Below, one piece after another: positions 20,609 to 30,939 of a stretch of DNA of 64,000 bases. The translations under genes were made by a program, and so were the position numbers. Origin of the DNA: a virus; IMG/VR virus record IMGVR_UViG_3300031251_000005, positions 1 to 64,000 of that record. The stretch is one strand, 5' to 3'. The notes under the pieces were generated by a model. The model saw nothing but the letters and a program-made list of their open reading frames with translations. It searched no databases and was not told where the DNA came from. Each line of letters starts with the position of its first letter. The first letter of the stretch is position 1.

Positions 20609-20698
20609 TTTTATTCCTTTTATTTAAATAAACCTTTTTAATATAGCTCTAAAAGTGCATTATTATTTGAATACTATAGTACACTGGGAGACACAAGA

Positions 20699-21154
20699 TT
20701 GGACTCATTAATTTTTTTAAATCTAAATCAAAAAAAGATTTTAGATCAAGCAGGAATTGGAGTAAAGTCACTTACTAAAGAAACTTTACAAGATTATTTA
20801 ACTGCTACAGATTGTTTTAATATTTTAAATAATTCTCAAGATTTACAATCAGAAGGAAAACTATTATATACCTTTGGTTTTACTGATGGGTTTCCTATAT
20901 GTGAAAATGACCGTGGTTTAACAATATCTTATGGTAAAAACATATTTAAAAATTTACCAACAGATATAGTTATCAATGCAGCTTGTCAAAATAAAAATGC
21001 GATAGTTTTATGGGAAGAAGAGTGCTGCAGCACAACCCCTAATGATATGTTTGGTAAAAGTTGCATGAACATATTAAAAGCTTTTCAATTGGTTATACCT
21101 TTTGAGCAACTAAAACAATTAAAATTATTTGAATTATATCTGCTGAATCAATAA
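20699..21154 (+). CDS. Conserved protein upstream of the major capsid gene (gp119-like position)
   Basis: 151 aa, TTG start behind GGGAG; synteny. Confidence 0.55.
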   Translation: MDSLIFLNLNQKKILDQAGIGVKSLTKETLQDYLTATDCFNILNNSQDLQSEGKLLYTFGFTDGFPICENDRGLTISYGKNIFKNLPTDIVINAACQNKNAIVLWEEECCSTTPNDMFGKSCMNILKAFQLVIPFEQLKQLKLFELYLLNQ

Positions 21155-21184
21155 TAAATTTATACCCTTAAGGATCATATTAAT

Positions 21185-23350
21185 ATGCGAAATCGTAAAC
21201 AAATTGGGCGTCATAGCACTCCTGCTGCAATTTATCAAAATGCTGTATCTAAAGTAGAAACAATTATTGCCACTAATGGCACCAAATACACAAGTAAAGA
21301 TTTGGCTGATTCTTTTATTGGTTTAGAAAGTATCAGTGATGATAGATTCCTATCCGTTGCTAGAACCCAAGAAGAATTAGTACAAGAATTGCGTGATAGC
21401 GATTTTACTAATTTATTTCCAGATAACATTTCTCCTGAAAAACTATCTTTGGGCTTAGAAGCAGCAGCGTATACTCTATTAGTAGGCGCAAGTCCTGCTG
21501 AATATTTTAAACGTGCAGCTGAAGGTGCTAATACTTTCTCTGGCACAGCTGGTGTTGTTATGACTCCAGCAGATGGTGGTCACTCTGCATTTGGTTTGGA
21601 ATCTTTTGAAGCTGGCTCTATTCAAAAATATCTGGCACAAACTGCTGTTGCAAATGCACAAGCAGCAGTACTAGGTGGTTTTGAAGATGTATGGTTTCCA
21701 CAACAATTAGTACCTGCTGGTCAAAATGGTGTAGATATTCTGGTAACTATTCCACAAGTATTTACTACTACTACTCACACTGAAACTACCGGTGCACCAT
21801 ATACTATTATTAAACAATCACTGATCTCTGCAGTTATTGATCCTAGTATCTTGGAAAGCAATGCAACTACTATTGTTCCTTGGGCTCAAGGTACTGATAG
21901 TACATCTGATCCACATTTGGTTCCAGCTGCACAAGTACCTACAACTACAGCTACTGTTGGTGGTTTGACTGTTAATACTCGTCCTATTGTCTTTGGTAGT
22001 AAAACCAGTTTGATTGGTATCTCCAATGCTACTAACCTGCTTAATGTTGGTATCTTTGATGAAACGGATGCACTTGATCCAATTATTAACATTGGCACTG
22101 TTTATTATAAACTAACAGTAACTACTGGTGCTAATACTCAGTCTCCTGTTACCAATTATGTATATCTGGCAACTGATGTTAGTAATCAAGCTGGTACCTT
22201 GCTGACTCAAGTACAAGCAGGTCGTATTCAAGCGCTGCAAACTACTGCTACAGTTAGTTTGCCTATTAACCATAGTATCGTCCCAGTTAATGGTTCAGCT
22301 GCTCCTTTGATTACCGCTTTGGAAGGTATTCTTGGTATTGGTGCTGGTGTTGCATTTACTATTGTTGCTACTGTTGATTTGTCTGCTACTGCCGATACCG
22401 AATATGGTAATATGACAGTTAATGCAAACTCACCAGTAATTGCTAAACTGTATGATGCTACAAACACAGCTGCTCCTTTGACACCATTTTCTGCTACTGG
22501 TGTTTCTGTTACTATTACTCCATTAGGTTTTACTCCATTGGCTCGTCGTACTAATAGCAACCTACGTCAAAATGGTACCATCATTGATAGCAACACAACT
22601 ATTACTTATCGTTACCCAGTAAACTTGCAAGCTCCTATTATCTCACAATCTCCAATCGGTGGTGCTACTAACACTACTCTGGAAGGTTTGGGTCATGCTA
22701 GTCGTATTCGTCAAAATGGTCGTGCGGTAACTGCATTGGCTAATGCTGAATCTTCATTGGCTACATATTCAGGTATTTCTGGTTCTTCACCATTTGTTGG
22801 TTCCTTGTTTGTAACTCCTACCTATGTAGCACATGGTGTAGATGTTTCAACTCTGGTAACTACAATGAACTCACAAGAAAACTTGATTAACTTGCGTGGT
22901 GCTTTAGTTTCTGCTATTACCAACACAGTTAATGAGTTGTTGATTAAATCTGGTTATCCAGCAGCTCTTGAGTTGACTAATGGTGATCCTGATGCATTTG
23001 AAATCATTGTTGCTACAGATCAAGAGATTGCTCCACATATCTGGGAGTCTGGTGATATTCGTACATTTGGTGATGCACGTAATTATAAAATTACTAAATC
23101 TAACAATAAATTCTTTAAAGGTAAAGTTTATATTTCCTTTAGAAGAACTACTCGTTCAGATGAAATTCATCCTTTGGACTTTGGCCGTATGTTGGTAACT
23201 CCACCATTGACTTATGATGTTGCTATTAATCGTAATGGTCGTACTACCAATGAGATTCATACCATTCCACGTGTGAATGCATATGTTACTCTACCAATTT
23301 TGGGTGTACTATCTATTACTAATCTTGAATCTATTTATATTAGTTCTTAA
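21185..23350 (+). CDS. Major capsid protein (phiKZ gp120-like)
   Basis: 721 aa with strongly biased codon usage; DETDALDP, RRTNSNLRQNG and LPILG motifs; GLE processing sites in the N-terminal region. Confidence 0.9.
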   Translation: MRNRKQIGRHSTPAAIYQNAVSKVETIIATNGTKYTSKDLADSFIGLESISDDRFLSVARTQEELVQELRDSDFTNLFPDNISPEKLSLGLEAAAYTLLVGASPAEYFKRAAEGANTFSGTAGVVMTPADGGHSAFGLESFEAGSIQKYLAQTAVANAQAAVLGGFEDVWFPQQLVPAGQNGVDILVTIPQVFTTTTHTETTGAPYTIIKQSLISAVIDPSILESNATTIVPWAQGTDSTSDPHLVPAAQVPTTTATVGGLTVNTRPIVFGSKTSLIGISNATNLLNVGIFDETDALDPIINIGTVYYKLTVTTGANTQSPVTNYVYLATDVSNQAGTLLTQVQAGRIQALQTTATVSLPINHSIVPVNGSAAPLITALEGILGIGAGVAFTIVATVDLSATADTEYGNMTVNANSPVIAKLYDATNTAAPLTPFSATGVSVTITPLGFTPLARRTNSNLRQNGTIIDSNTTITYRYPVNLQAPIISQSPIGGATNTTLEGLGHASRIRQNGRAVTALANAESSLATYSGISGSSPFVGSLFVTPTYVAHGVDVSTLVTTMNSQENLINLRGALVSAITNTVNELLIKSGYPAALELTNGDPDAFEIIVATDQEIAPHIWESGDIRTFGDARNYKITKSNNKFFKGKVYISFRRTTRSDEIHPLDFGRMLVTPPLTYDVAINRNGRTTNEIHTIPRVNAYVTLPILGVLSITNLESIYISS

Positions 23351-23358
23351 TTAAAATC

Positions 23359-23393
23359 ATTGATACTACTAGCATTACGCTAGTAGTATCAAT
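23359..23393 (+). terminator. Terminator hairpin, near-identical to 62688-62722
   Basis: attgatactactagc-attac-gctagtagtatcaat. Confidence 0.8.
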
Positions 23394-23401
23394 ATTACCC
23401 C

Positions 23402-23507
23402 TATTTTTTAAAGATTCTAATTTTTTGAAGATATATATTATTGTTGTAGTATTAGAATAGTATTGCATTATTCTAATCTTTTTAAATTAAATAGGAGTAA
23501 GAACATG
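23402..23507 (+). repeat. Leader repeat copy 1 (promoter + hairpin + RBS)
   Basis: tattttttaaagattctaattttttgaagatatatattattgttgtagtattagaatagtattgcattattctaatctttttaaattaaataggagtaagaacATG. Confidence 0.9.
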
Positions 23508-24356
23508 AAGAAAGAAGTAAATCCAAACGTATTCAATGAAATCTTGTCAGTGTTAACTAAAAACGGCCATCTGTTTCCACAGATTGGATCACGGTACTTT
23601 GGGTATGATCATGAGCTCTCGGATTACGATTTTATGACTACCCATAATGAGATGAAAAGTGGTCTAGTCACCACTTTTACTAGTATTAAAAATTTAAGTG
23701 GGGGTGCAGAGTATTCTAGTGATCAGTCCCTTCAGGGGACTCTGTATGAAATCATTGATACCGACGGACGCAAGATTCAAATATTAGCCTTCGACACGGA
23801 GGCGGATTGTCTTACCCAAATCCGTAGGAACAGGGAACTAAAGGGGTTCTTATTAAACAATGCAGATATACTACCTTATATAGCGCAGCAAAAAAGGAAG
23901 TATCATTCAGAGGAAAGTAACGGCAGTATATTTTTCAATGAAATGTTAGAATTTATAAAATTTGAACACATGGACAGATGGCAATTTACTGAATGGAGTG
24001 ATAGTTATCGCTCCATACAAGAGGCAAAAGGTAGAAAATGGGTGGCGAATATGATGCTACCTATATTTTCTATGGTTATGTCATCAGCATGTACTCCCAC
24101 TTTATTACCACCAAAGGTAAGAGTATTAACTATTAAGGCTGATGATTGTTTTGGTTTAGATGAGCAACTAATTATAAATGACCAACCATCCACAGTGGTT
24201 GGAGATGGGGTGTCTTATCAGTGGGTAAAAAACCACCACTTATTAGTAAAAGTATTTCAGAATGGTCAGCTTTCTGAAACATATCTATGTGATGTTGAAA
24301 ACAACCTCAAATATAAGTTAGCACCTGTCCAACCTACAGAGTTGATAGTTAGTTGA
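23505..24356 (+). CDS. Pol-beta-superfamily nucleotidyltransferase-like protein, paralog A
   Basis: IGSRYFG...SDYDF fits the hG[S]x(9-13)DxD motif. True start is the ATG behind TAGGAG; the ORF-track extension is the leader repeat. Confidence 0.65.
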   Translation: MKKEVNPNVFNEILSVLTKNGHLFPQIGSRYFGYDHELSDYDFMTTHNEMKSGLVTTFTSIKNLSGGAEYSSDQSLQGTLYEIIDTDGRKIQILAFDTEADCLTQIRRNRELKGFLLNNADILPYIAQQKRKYHSEESNGSIFFNEMLEFIKFEHMDRWQFTEWSDSYRSIQEAKGRKWVANMMLPIFSMVMSSACTPTLLPPKVRVLTIKADDCFGLDEQLIINDQPSTVVGDGVSYQWVKNHHLLVKVFQNGQLSETYLCDVENNLKYKLAPVQPTELIVS

Positions 24357-24364
24357 TAAAGCAG

Positions 24365-24396
24365 GTAGATGGATACGCATATGCGTATCCATCTAC
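24365..24396 (+). terminator. Perfect 32-bp palindrome terminator (duplicated at 25331-25362)
   Basis: gtagatggatacgcat|atgcgtatccatctac followed by a T-rich tail. Confidence 0.85.
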
Positions 24397-24410
24397 TATT
24401 TATTATCTTT

Positions 24411-24516
24411 TATTTTTTAAAGATTTGAATTTTTTGAAGATATATATTATTGTTGTAGTATTAGAATAGTATTGCATTATTCTAATCTTTTTAAATTAAA
24501 TAGGAGTAAGAACATG
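24411..24516 (+). repeat. Leader repeat copy 2
   Basis: Near-identical to 23402-23507. Confidence 0.9.
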
Positions 24517-25323
24517 AAGAAAGAAGTAAATCCAACAGAGTTTAATGAAATATTGGCTGTGTTAACGAAACACTGCCACGTATATTTAGAGATTGGCTCA
24601 AGGTACTTTGGGTACAATCACGATCTGTCGGACTATGATTTCATGACTTCCCAGAATGGGATAAAATGTGGTTTAGTAACCACGTTTACGAGCATTAAAG
24701 ACTTGTCGGGGGGGGCAGAGTATTCTAGTGATCAGTCCCTTCAGGGGACTTTGTATGAAATTGTTGCCACCGATGGCAGAAAGATTCAAATCTTGGCATT
24801 TGATAGGGATGAAGACTTGCATACCCAAGTCCGTAGGAACCGAGAGTTAAAGGGGTTTCTCTTAAACAATGAGTTTCTCTTACCTTATATAGCTAATCAA
24901 AAAAGGATGTTTAATTCGGAAAAAGGAAATGGATCAATATTTTTCAACGAAATACTGGAGTGGATACAGTTAGAACCCATGGACGGATGGCAATTTACTG
25001 TATGGTGTAATAACTATTACTCCATACAAGAGGCAAAAGGTAGAAAATGGGTGACTCGAATGATGTTACCTATATTTTCTATGGCCTCTGCCCAATCATC
25101 TAAACCAAAGGTAAGAGTATCATCTATTGGTTTTGATGAGCGACTAATAATCAATGACCAACCAACCACTATCCATGGTTCTGGGGTAGCTTATCATTGG
25201 GTAAAAAACCATCTGCTAGTAAAAGTAATTCTGAATGAGCGTTCTAAAACCTTTCTAGTTGATATTGAAAACAATATCAAATTTGATGCAGATTTTCACC
25301 ACACAGAGTTGATAGTTGAATAA
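24514..25323 (+). CDS. Pol-beta-superfamily nucleotidyltransferase-like protein, paralog B
   Basis: IGSRYFG...SDYDF; colinear with paralog A. Confidence 0.65.
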   Translation: MKKEVNPTEFNEILAVLTKHCHVYLEIGSRYFGYNHDLSDYDFMTSQNGIKCGLVTTFTSIKDLSGGAEYSSDQSLQGTLYEIVATDGRKIQILAFDRDEDLHTQVRRNRELKGFLLNNEFLLPYIANQKRMFNSEKGNGSIFFNEILEWIQLEPMDGWQFTVWCNNYYSIQEAKGRKWVTRMMLPIFSMASAQSSKPKVRVSSIGFDERLIINDQPTTIHGSGVAYHWVKNHLLVKVILNERSKTFLVDIENNIKFDADFHHTELIVE

Positions 25324-25330
25324 ATAGTAG

Positions 25331-25362
25331 GTAGATGGATACGCATATGCGTATCCATCTAC
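25331..25362 (+). terminator. Perfect 32-bp palindrome terminator
   Basis: Identical to 24365-24396, including the downstream tail. Confidence 0.85.
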
Positions 25363-25383
25363 TATTTATTATCTTTTATTTTT

Positions 25384-25420
25384 TCAAATTATTTTAATAC
25401 ATATATTATTTACTAGCTAT
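25384..25420 (+). promoter_or_regulatory. Putative early promoter for the gp122-like/RNAP operon
   Basis: tcaaattattttaatacatatattatttactagctat; shares ATATATTATT and ACTAGCTAT with the site at 17064. Confidence 0.5.
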
Positions 25421-25486
25421 TCCCTTTGATCCATTAATTAACTAAGATACAAGTCTTAGAAATAACCGTAACCTAACCTTTCCAAA

Positions 25487-26599
25487 ATGAGTAATGATAA
25501 TGTTTTAAATAATGCTAAACTAATTAATACCGATAAGATACTGGTCGGTGATAAATGTGCAGTATCTAATAACTATGCTAATTCTTTATCAACAAAATTA
25601 AAAATAGTTAATTTATCATCCCATCATTTAGTTGTATATTTTCGAGATGGATGTATTGCTGAATTACCTCCTTTAGAGGGTGGTCCATATCCTGATACAG
25701 TAATCATTGGTCATGCTAAACAAAATTCTTTAGGTAGAATAAACGCTATAGCTGGCATGGAGTGTGAAAAAACAAATACAATAAGAGTAGAGCTTGCTAA
25801 GAATAGAAATAAGCACCTTTACTATGAAGAAGTAATTGATGTTAATTCGATTATGAATAGTAGAAATGGGATATATGTTACGACTGCTGATATTATTATT
25901 ATAATGGCAGATAGGGTACAGAATATACCATTTCATCCATTTTGTACGCAGAGTATTCATAATTTATATCTTATTGCCACTGAGGGGTTTGATAGTACTA
26001 CAGATATAAATGTTGGTATTAGATTAATTAATAATGATGGATTACAATCTAGAGTATATATTATCTTTCATGATAGATTAATGGTGTTATGGCCTAAAAG
26101 ATCTACCACATTAAAAGATGGCTTATATATAACTGGGTTAACACATTTACACACTGAGGTAAGTAATGGTATTAGAAAAGATGAATATTTTACAATAGAA
26201 GAAGCATTAGATGGTAAGTGCCCTGTTAAAGTTTATTCAAATATAGTAGCTGCTAGAGATGCTTTAAATGCATCTAGAGTAGAGGAAGCTAAAGAGGTAA
26301 TATTATCAAGAGAACATGAAACTACAATAATAAACATGAAACGCCAAAAAGAAATATTGGAGAATGAAAATGTATTACTAAAAGCACAGCAAGTTAAAGA
26401 AAAAGAATTAGCAGCAGAGAGTGCTGCAAAAAGGGAAGCTGAAATAACAGCTGAGAAACATAGAATAGAAAAGGAGCTACTAATGTTAAAAGAAGAGGCT
26501 GCATTAAAAGCATTAGAACAAAAGAAGTGGACTGAAGCTGCTAAATTAGTTGGTACTGTCTGTGCAGTAGGTTTAACAATTTATAAAATACTAAAGTAA
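25487..26599 (+). CDS. Conserved hypothetical protein (phiKZ gp122-like)
   Basis: 370 aa; HPF motif, C-terminal coiled coil and hydrophobic tail; directly precedes the RNAP subunit gene. Confidence 0.6.
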   Translation: MSNDNVLNNAKLINTDKILVGDKCAVSNNYANSLSTKLKIVNLSSHHLVVYFRDGCIAELPPLEGGPYPDTVIIGHAKQNSLGRINAIAGMECEKTNTIRVELAKNRNKHLYYEEVIDVNSIMNSRNGIYVTTADIIIIMADRVQNIPFHPFCTQSIHNLYLIATEGFDSTTDINVGIRLINNDGLQSRVYIIFHDRLMVLWPKRSTTLKDGLYITGLTHLHTEVSNGIRKDEYFTIEEALDGKCPVKVYSNIVAARDALNASRVEEAKEVILSREHETTIINMKRQKEILENENVLLKAQQVKEKELAAESAAKREAEITAEKHRIEKELLMLKEEAALKALEQKKWTEAAKLVGTVCAVGLTIYKILK

Positions 26600-26654
26600 C
26601 TAATGATATACCTATTTGGTAACCATTATTTTAGTAATAGGAGGTATTAGTATC

Positions 26655-28241
26655 ATGATTGATACAAAATTGTTAAGCCTAGTCAGTAGCAAAATGCCCC
26701 AAATCAATAAGAAAGCCATGGAAGGTATAGCCATGTCTCAATTATCTGAAGTAGAAGAATATATTCATAATACTTTCAGATGTGCTGCAGAGAGTTTTCC
26801 ACCTGGTTTAAAATATATAGGTGGTAGAAGATGTACCCCTTTAGAACAATATAGAGAAATCATTAGGCCATTAAAACCAAAGAAAGCTTTTGAGATGTTA
26901 AGGTCAGATGTATATTTGATGAAATATCTTTTTACTTTTAATGGGATTGAATTAAGACCTTTCTATATATTCTTACCATTTGTTAGTGATGGTGGAATAA
27001 TGTTTCTCAAAGGCACGCAATATAAGGTAACACCAGTCTTAGGTGGTAAGGTATTTAATATTGAGCACAATAATATTTATATGCCTACCCCTAGAATGCG
27101 TATGGGGTTTAGTCAATATACAGTTAGTTGCATATTAAATGATAAGATAGTACATTCTAATTGTGTAGCTAGTTATTTATACAATATGAATAAAGTTGAT
27201 AGATCAGTTTTATATCCTACACTAATGCATTATATCTTAGCTAAGTATGGGTTACAAACCGCTTTATTAAAGTTATTTAATGTGCATATTACCGTTGGTA
27301 AGTATGAGTTAGATAAATTATCTCAACAAGGCTATAAGGTTTATCGTAGTAGACAGATTCCATATAGAAAAGTAATTTCTTATGAACCAAGTGAAGTAAG
27401 GATTGCTATTCCAGAAAATGAATATTATCCTCTATTGGATAATATCATTAGTACAGTTTTTTACATCATTGATAATTGTACAGATGCAACTAATGAAATT
27501 GAGGAATTAGAAAATCCTAAATTATGGTTACGTCTTTTGGATAGATTTATCTTTAAAGATCAAGGTACGGAAAAGAAAAGATTTGAAAAAATGGAGGAAC
27601 ATTTACAGAATACAGAAAATACCTATGATCCAGTGACTCGTAGGACATTAATGTCTGATTCAATTTTATGTAATGATATCTTTGAATTGTTTAGGTATAT
27701 ATGTTTAAACTATCAGGATATAGTAATTCATCATGATGTTGGCACAATGTATTATAAAGAATTAACTACTACTAAACATCTATTGTTTAATGTAGTATAT
27801 AATATATTTATAGCTATGTATGAATTACAGAAACTACCTGAGAATCTGTTAACTGTTGAAAAGATATCTAAAGTGTTAATAGATAATCTAAGAAAAGATA
27901 AAATCTTTTCCACATTAGGACATGGGGAATTAACATCAACTGGAATAGCTACTGATTGTAAATACTTTGGTGCTACTGGTAATATGATTTCTCATAGTAA
28001 GGCTACAGCAGTAGCTGGTAGTAAAAGATCTAAAAAGACTACTAATGATCCTGGATTATTATTACATGAATCTCAAGTAGAGGTAGCAACTTATGCTTGG
28101 ATTACTAACAGATGTCCACATGGAAGATCTAAGATTAACCCATTTATTAATTTTGGAGAGAAATTTCAGATATTACCATCCCCACAATTGGAACATACAC
28201 TAACTGGGCTTAGAGAGCTTTTAAGAAAGAATAAGCGTTAA
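26655..28241 (+). CDS. Non-virion RNA polymerase beta-type subunit (phiKZ gp123-like)
   Basis: FPPGLKYIG.RRCTP.E.Y, FLPFV..GG...L.G..Y...PV and C-terminal GRSKINPF motifs; AGGAGG RBS before ATG 26655. Confidence 0.8.
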   Translation: MIDTKLLSLVSSKMPQINKKAMEGIAMSQLSEVEEYIHNTFRCAAESFPPGLKYIGGRRCTPLEQYREIIRPLKPKKAFEMLRSDVYLMKYLFTFNGIELRPFYIFLPFVSDGGIMFLKGTQYKVTPVLGGKVFNIEHNNIYMPTPRMRMGFSQYTVSCILNDKIVHSNCVASYLYNMNKVDRSVLYPTLMHYILAKYGLQTALLKLFNVHITVGKYELDKLSQQGYKVYRSRQIPYRKVISYEPSEVRIAIPENEYYPLLDNIISTVFYIIDNCTDATNEIEELENPKLWLRLLDRFIFKDQGTEKKRFEKMEEHLQNTENTYDPVTRRTLMSDSILCNDIFELFRYICLNYQDIVIHHDVGTMYYKELTTTKHLLFNVVYNIFIAMYELQKLPENLLTVEKISKVLIDNLRKDKIFSTLGHGELTSTGIATDCKYFGATGNMISHSKATAVAGSKRSKKTTNDPGLLLHESQVEVATYAWITNRCPHGRSKINPFINFGEKFQILPSPQLEHTLTGLRELLRKNKR

Positions 28242-28370
28242 TTAATAATAGTAGCTACTATGTTAGCATAAATATGTTATCATGGCTTAAATAGCTTCTA
28301 TGTGCGTTTAATGATATGATTTATTACACCATATCAATAGATATAACTTTAATTTAAAATAGGAGAAGTA

Positions 28371-29918
28371 ATGTATACTCAGCAATATCAATATGCATCT
28401 CCCCCGATGGATATATGTCAACAGTATAGACCTTTTATAGATAATGTATTTGGGGCAGCAATTAATTCAATTTTACCAGTTGCTAGATTAGAACAAGGGT
28501 TAGCTAATTATGTTTATAACATTTTAGTTACAACAGGTTATGATTTAGTTCAGGATTTTTTATACTTTGAATTTAGTAATAAACAATTTCATGAAGGAAC
28601 TGCACAGAATACTATTGTTGCTACTATTGAATTTATAATTGCTAGAGAGATTTTTCAATATGGCATTCAAATCCCTGAATTTAATGAAGCAGTCAATTGG
28701 GTAAACAATAATATAGATCAAGTAATGAGGTTTGCTGGATCTAGAAATCAACCACAAATGCCACCTATTAATAACTTCCCAGTGAATAGAAATATATCTA
28801 ATTCATTCGGTGGTGGAAATGGTATGCCTGTGAATAATAACATGCGACCTAACAATATACCTTTAACATCAAATAATAGTAGTTTTTCATTTAATCAACC
28901 CACTAATGTAGTAAATAATCCTGTAACATTAGGTGGTGGCCTGGAGAGTATAGCAGTGAATAAAGCAAATCATCTTTTCCCAAATGCTGAAGCTCATGAT
29001 TTTAGAGCAGGGCAAGCTAGAACTACACCTAGTGTAACTCAGCCTCCTATAGTAAATCCCCCTGAAAAACCAAAACAGTCTGCTTTAAATATTACGGTTT
29101 ATGATATACGCGATAGAAATGCTATTGATAATTTAGATAATGCATCAAAAAGCGATAATCTTGAACATATTATTCTAGCAGATATTGCTATTCGTGCAAA
29201 TGATAGCATGAATCCATTTCTGTTAAATGTTGTTAAAGAAAAAATATTTCCAGTACCATTAAAATTATCTGAAGATTTTATCAATGCTATTGATAGAATA
29301 GAAGAAGCAGAAACAATATTCGATATCATTAGCATATTAAATGATTTAGAAGAAAATTATGACCTAGTTAAGTTTAGAGCTAACTTAAGTGCATTGATTA
29401 CCAATACAGCTTTAACAGCACTTAAGTATCGTTATGATATTAACAATATGAATGGTTTTCCATTTCTATCTAACCCAGATCTATGTATTAAATTTTTAAG
29501 GGAAAAAGGTATTCTAGAAGAAATAGAAACATTAGTGGTAAATAAAGTCAGACATATTTTTACTATGTATTCTTTTATTACTAGTAGTATTCCTGAATCT
29601 GATGATAAAAAGAATATTAAATTATTAAATACCTTTAAAGCTTTAAGTGAAGTAAAATTAATAGGTTGCTTATATGAAATACCTGTGGTAATTTTACCAT
29701 GGTTAACTGTATATCAATTTGCAAAGAAACAGTTAGCTATACATAATCTACAAGATGATTGTGCATTAGATGTGGCATATAATCAAACCTTTAAACTTTT
29801 AGATGAGGATGATCTATATTTTGATTTATATGATAATGCCTTAAATCATTATCGTGTTTACAGAATTGGTAAAAATACATTATCACCTTCTACCTTTACA
29901 GTTGAATATATAGAATAA
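28371..29918 (+). CDS. Hypothetical protein with N/P-rich linker
   Basis: 515-aa ORF, TAGGAG RBS. Confidence 0.65.
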   Translation: MYTQQYQYASPPMDICQQYRPFIDNVFGAAINSILPVARLEQGLANYVYNILVTTGYDLVQDFLYFEFSNKQFHEGTAQNTIVATIEFIIAREIFQYGIQIPEFNEAVNWVNNNIDQVMRFAGSRNQPQMPPINNFPVNRNISNSFGGGNGMPVNNNMRPNNIPLTSNNSSFSFNQPTNVVNNPVTLGGGLESIAVNKANHLFPNAEAHDFRAGQARTTPSVTQPPIVNPPEKPKQSALNITVYDIRDRNAIDNLDNASKSDNLEHIILADIAIRANDSMNPFLLNVVKEKIFPVPLKLSEDFINAIDRIEEAETIFDIISILNDLEENYDLVKFRANLSALITNTALTALKYRYDINNMNGFPFLSNPDLCIKFLREKGILEEIETLVVNKVRHIFTMYSFITSSIPESDDKKNIKLLNTFKALSEVKLIGCLYEIPVVILPWLTVYQFAKKQLAIHNLQDDCALDVAYNQTFKLLDEDDLYFDLYDNALNHYRVYRIGKNTLSPSTFTVEYIE

Positions 29919-29924
29919 TAAAAC

Positions 29925-29969
29925 GTAATAGATACAGATAACTCACAATGAGTTATCTGTATCTATTAC
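29925..29969. terminator. Bidirectional terminator between convergent genes
   Basis: gtaatagatacagataactca-caa-tgagttatctgtatctattac. Confidence 0.8.
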
Positions 29970-29971
29970 TA

Positions 29972-30304
29972 TCATTTTTCTTTTTTGTCTTTAGAAAATT
30001 TAGATAACTTAGCCAACATAGTCTGAGCTGTCTTTTTGTCTTTCCATTTTTTATAAAATAGATTAGTTACCTTATAAACATTATAAATATTATAGATAAC
30101 TACTAAAATAGCTGGAAAATGTTTTACTGTATAAATAATAAAAGAATCTATAACTAAATGAATATCATCTAATAGTGTAAGATTTTCAAATGCATCTTGT
30201 TTTATATGTAGTTCTTGAAATAGATCTATATATATACTAGCCTCTTTTATAAAAGTATTGACATCATTAGCATCAATCTTTTGTAAATATTCCATTAGAC
30301 TCAT
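29972..30304 (-). CDS. Hypothetical protein with one hydrophobic segment
   Basis: 110 aa, AGGTG RBS. Confidence 0.55.
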   Translation of the reverse strand: MSLMEYLQKIDANDVNTFIKEASIYIDLFQELHIKQDAFENLTLLDDIHLVIDSFIIYTVKHFPAILVVIYNIYNVYKVTNLFYKKWKDKKTAQTMLAKLSKFSKDKKEK

Positions 30305-30384
30305 TTATCACCTATTTATAGTTAGTTTTTAATATCAATTTCTGAACTACATATAGCGATACATCTATCTATCATGCTATTCAT

Positions 30385-30939
30385 TTAAGGGGTATTAAGT
30401 AAAATACATAGAGCTAATCCTGCAGCAATGGCATCTACTGTATGCTCATCAAAGGTTAAAGGGGATAAATACTCTTCATAAGATATATCTTTAAGTAATA
30501 AAGCATTTCTCATAAGTGACTTATCCCCACTAGTACCTTTAACTTTTAAAGCATTCTTAATAGTACTAGGATCAATAGTAGAAAAACTAGTAGAAGGGTT
30601 ATAATTAAATACTGTTGATCTAATTATACTAATTACTTCTACTAGTACTCCATAAGCTCCTGGTCTTAATCTATTATAAAAAGGGGATTCAGATATAACC
30701 ATATCTGGTTTATATAAATATAATAACTTTTCTATTTGTCTAGATATAGCAATTAATCTAGCATACTTATCACCATGGATAAATGCTACGTCTTTATAAT
30801 ATCTAGATAAATATTCAGCATCTATTGTTTCTGCATATATAACATGAGTTTTTTCTTCAGAATAATCTAGAATTGAGGTACCACACTTAGAACTACCTGG
30901 GTCTATACTAAGTACTCTCAATGTGGAATTATAAGTCAT
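30385..30939 (-). CDS. ruvC: RuvC-like Holliday junction resolvase
   Basis: VLSIDPGS, MVISESPF, DPSTIK and DEHTVDAIA catalytic motifs. Confidence 0.85.
   Translation of the reverse strand: MTYNSTLRVLSIDPGSSKCGTSILDYSEEKTHVIYAETIDAEYLSRYYKDVAFIHGDKYARLIAISRQIEKLLYLYKPDMVISESPFYNRLRPGAYGVLVEVISIIRSTVFNYNPSTSFSTIDPSTIKNALKVKGTSGDKSLMRNALLLKDISYEEYLSPLTFDEHTVDAIAAGLALCILLNTP

Noticed and set aside
21235-23198. Short ORFs overlapping the capsid gene (and similar ones within other long genes)
   Set aside because: Shadow ORFs explained by codon bias of the real gene.
23463-23504. Shared N-terminal peptide MHYSNLFKLNRS on four ORFs (23463, 24472, 36706, 62791)
   Set aside because: Artefact of a TTG start inside the non-coding leader repeat; the RBS (TAGGAG) points to the ATG 42 nt downstream.
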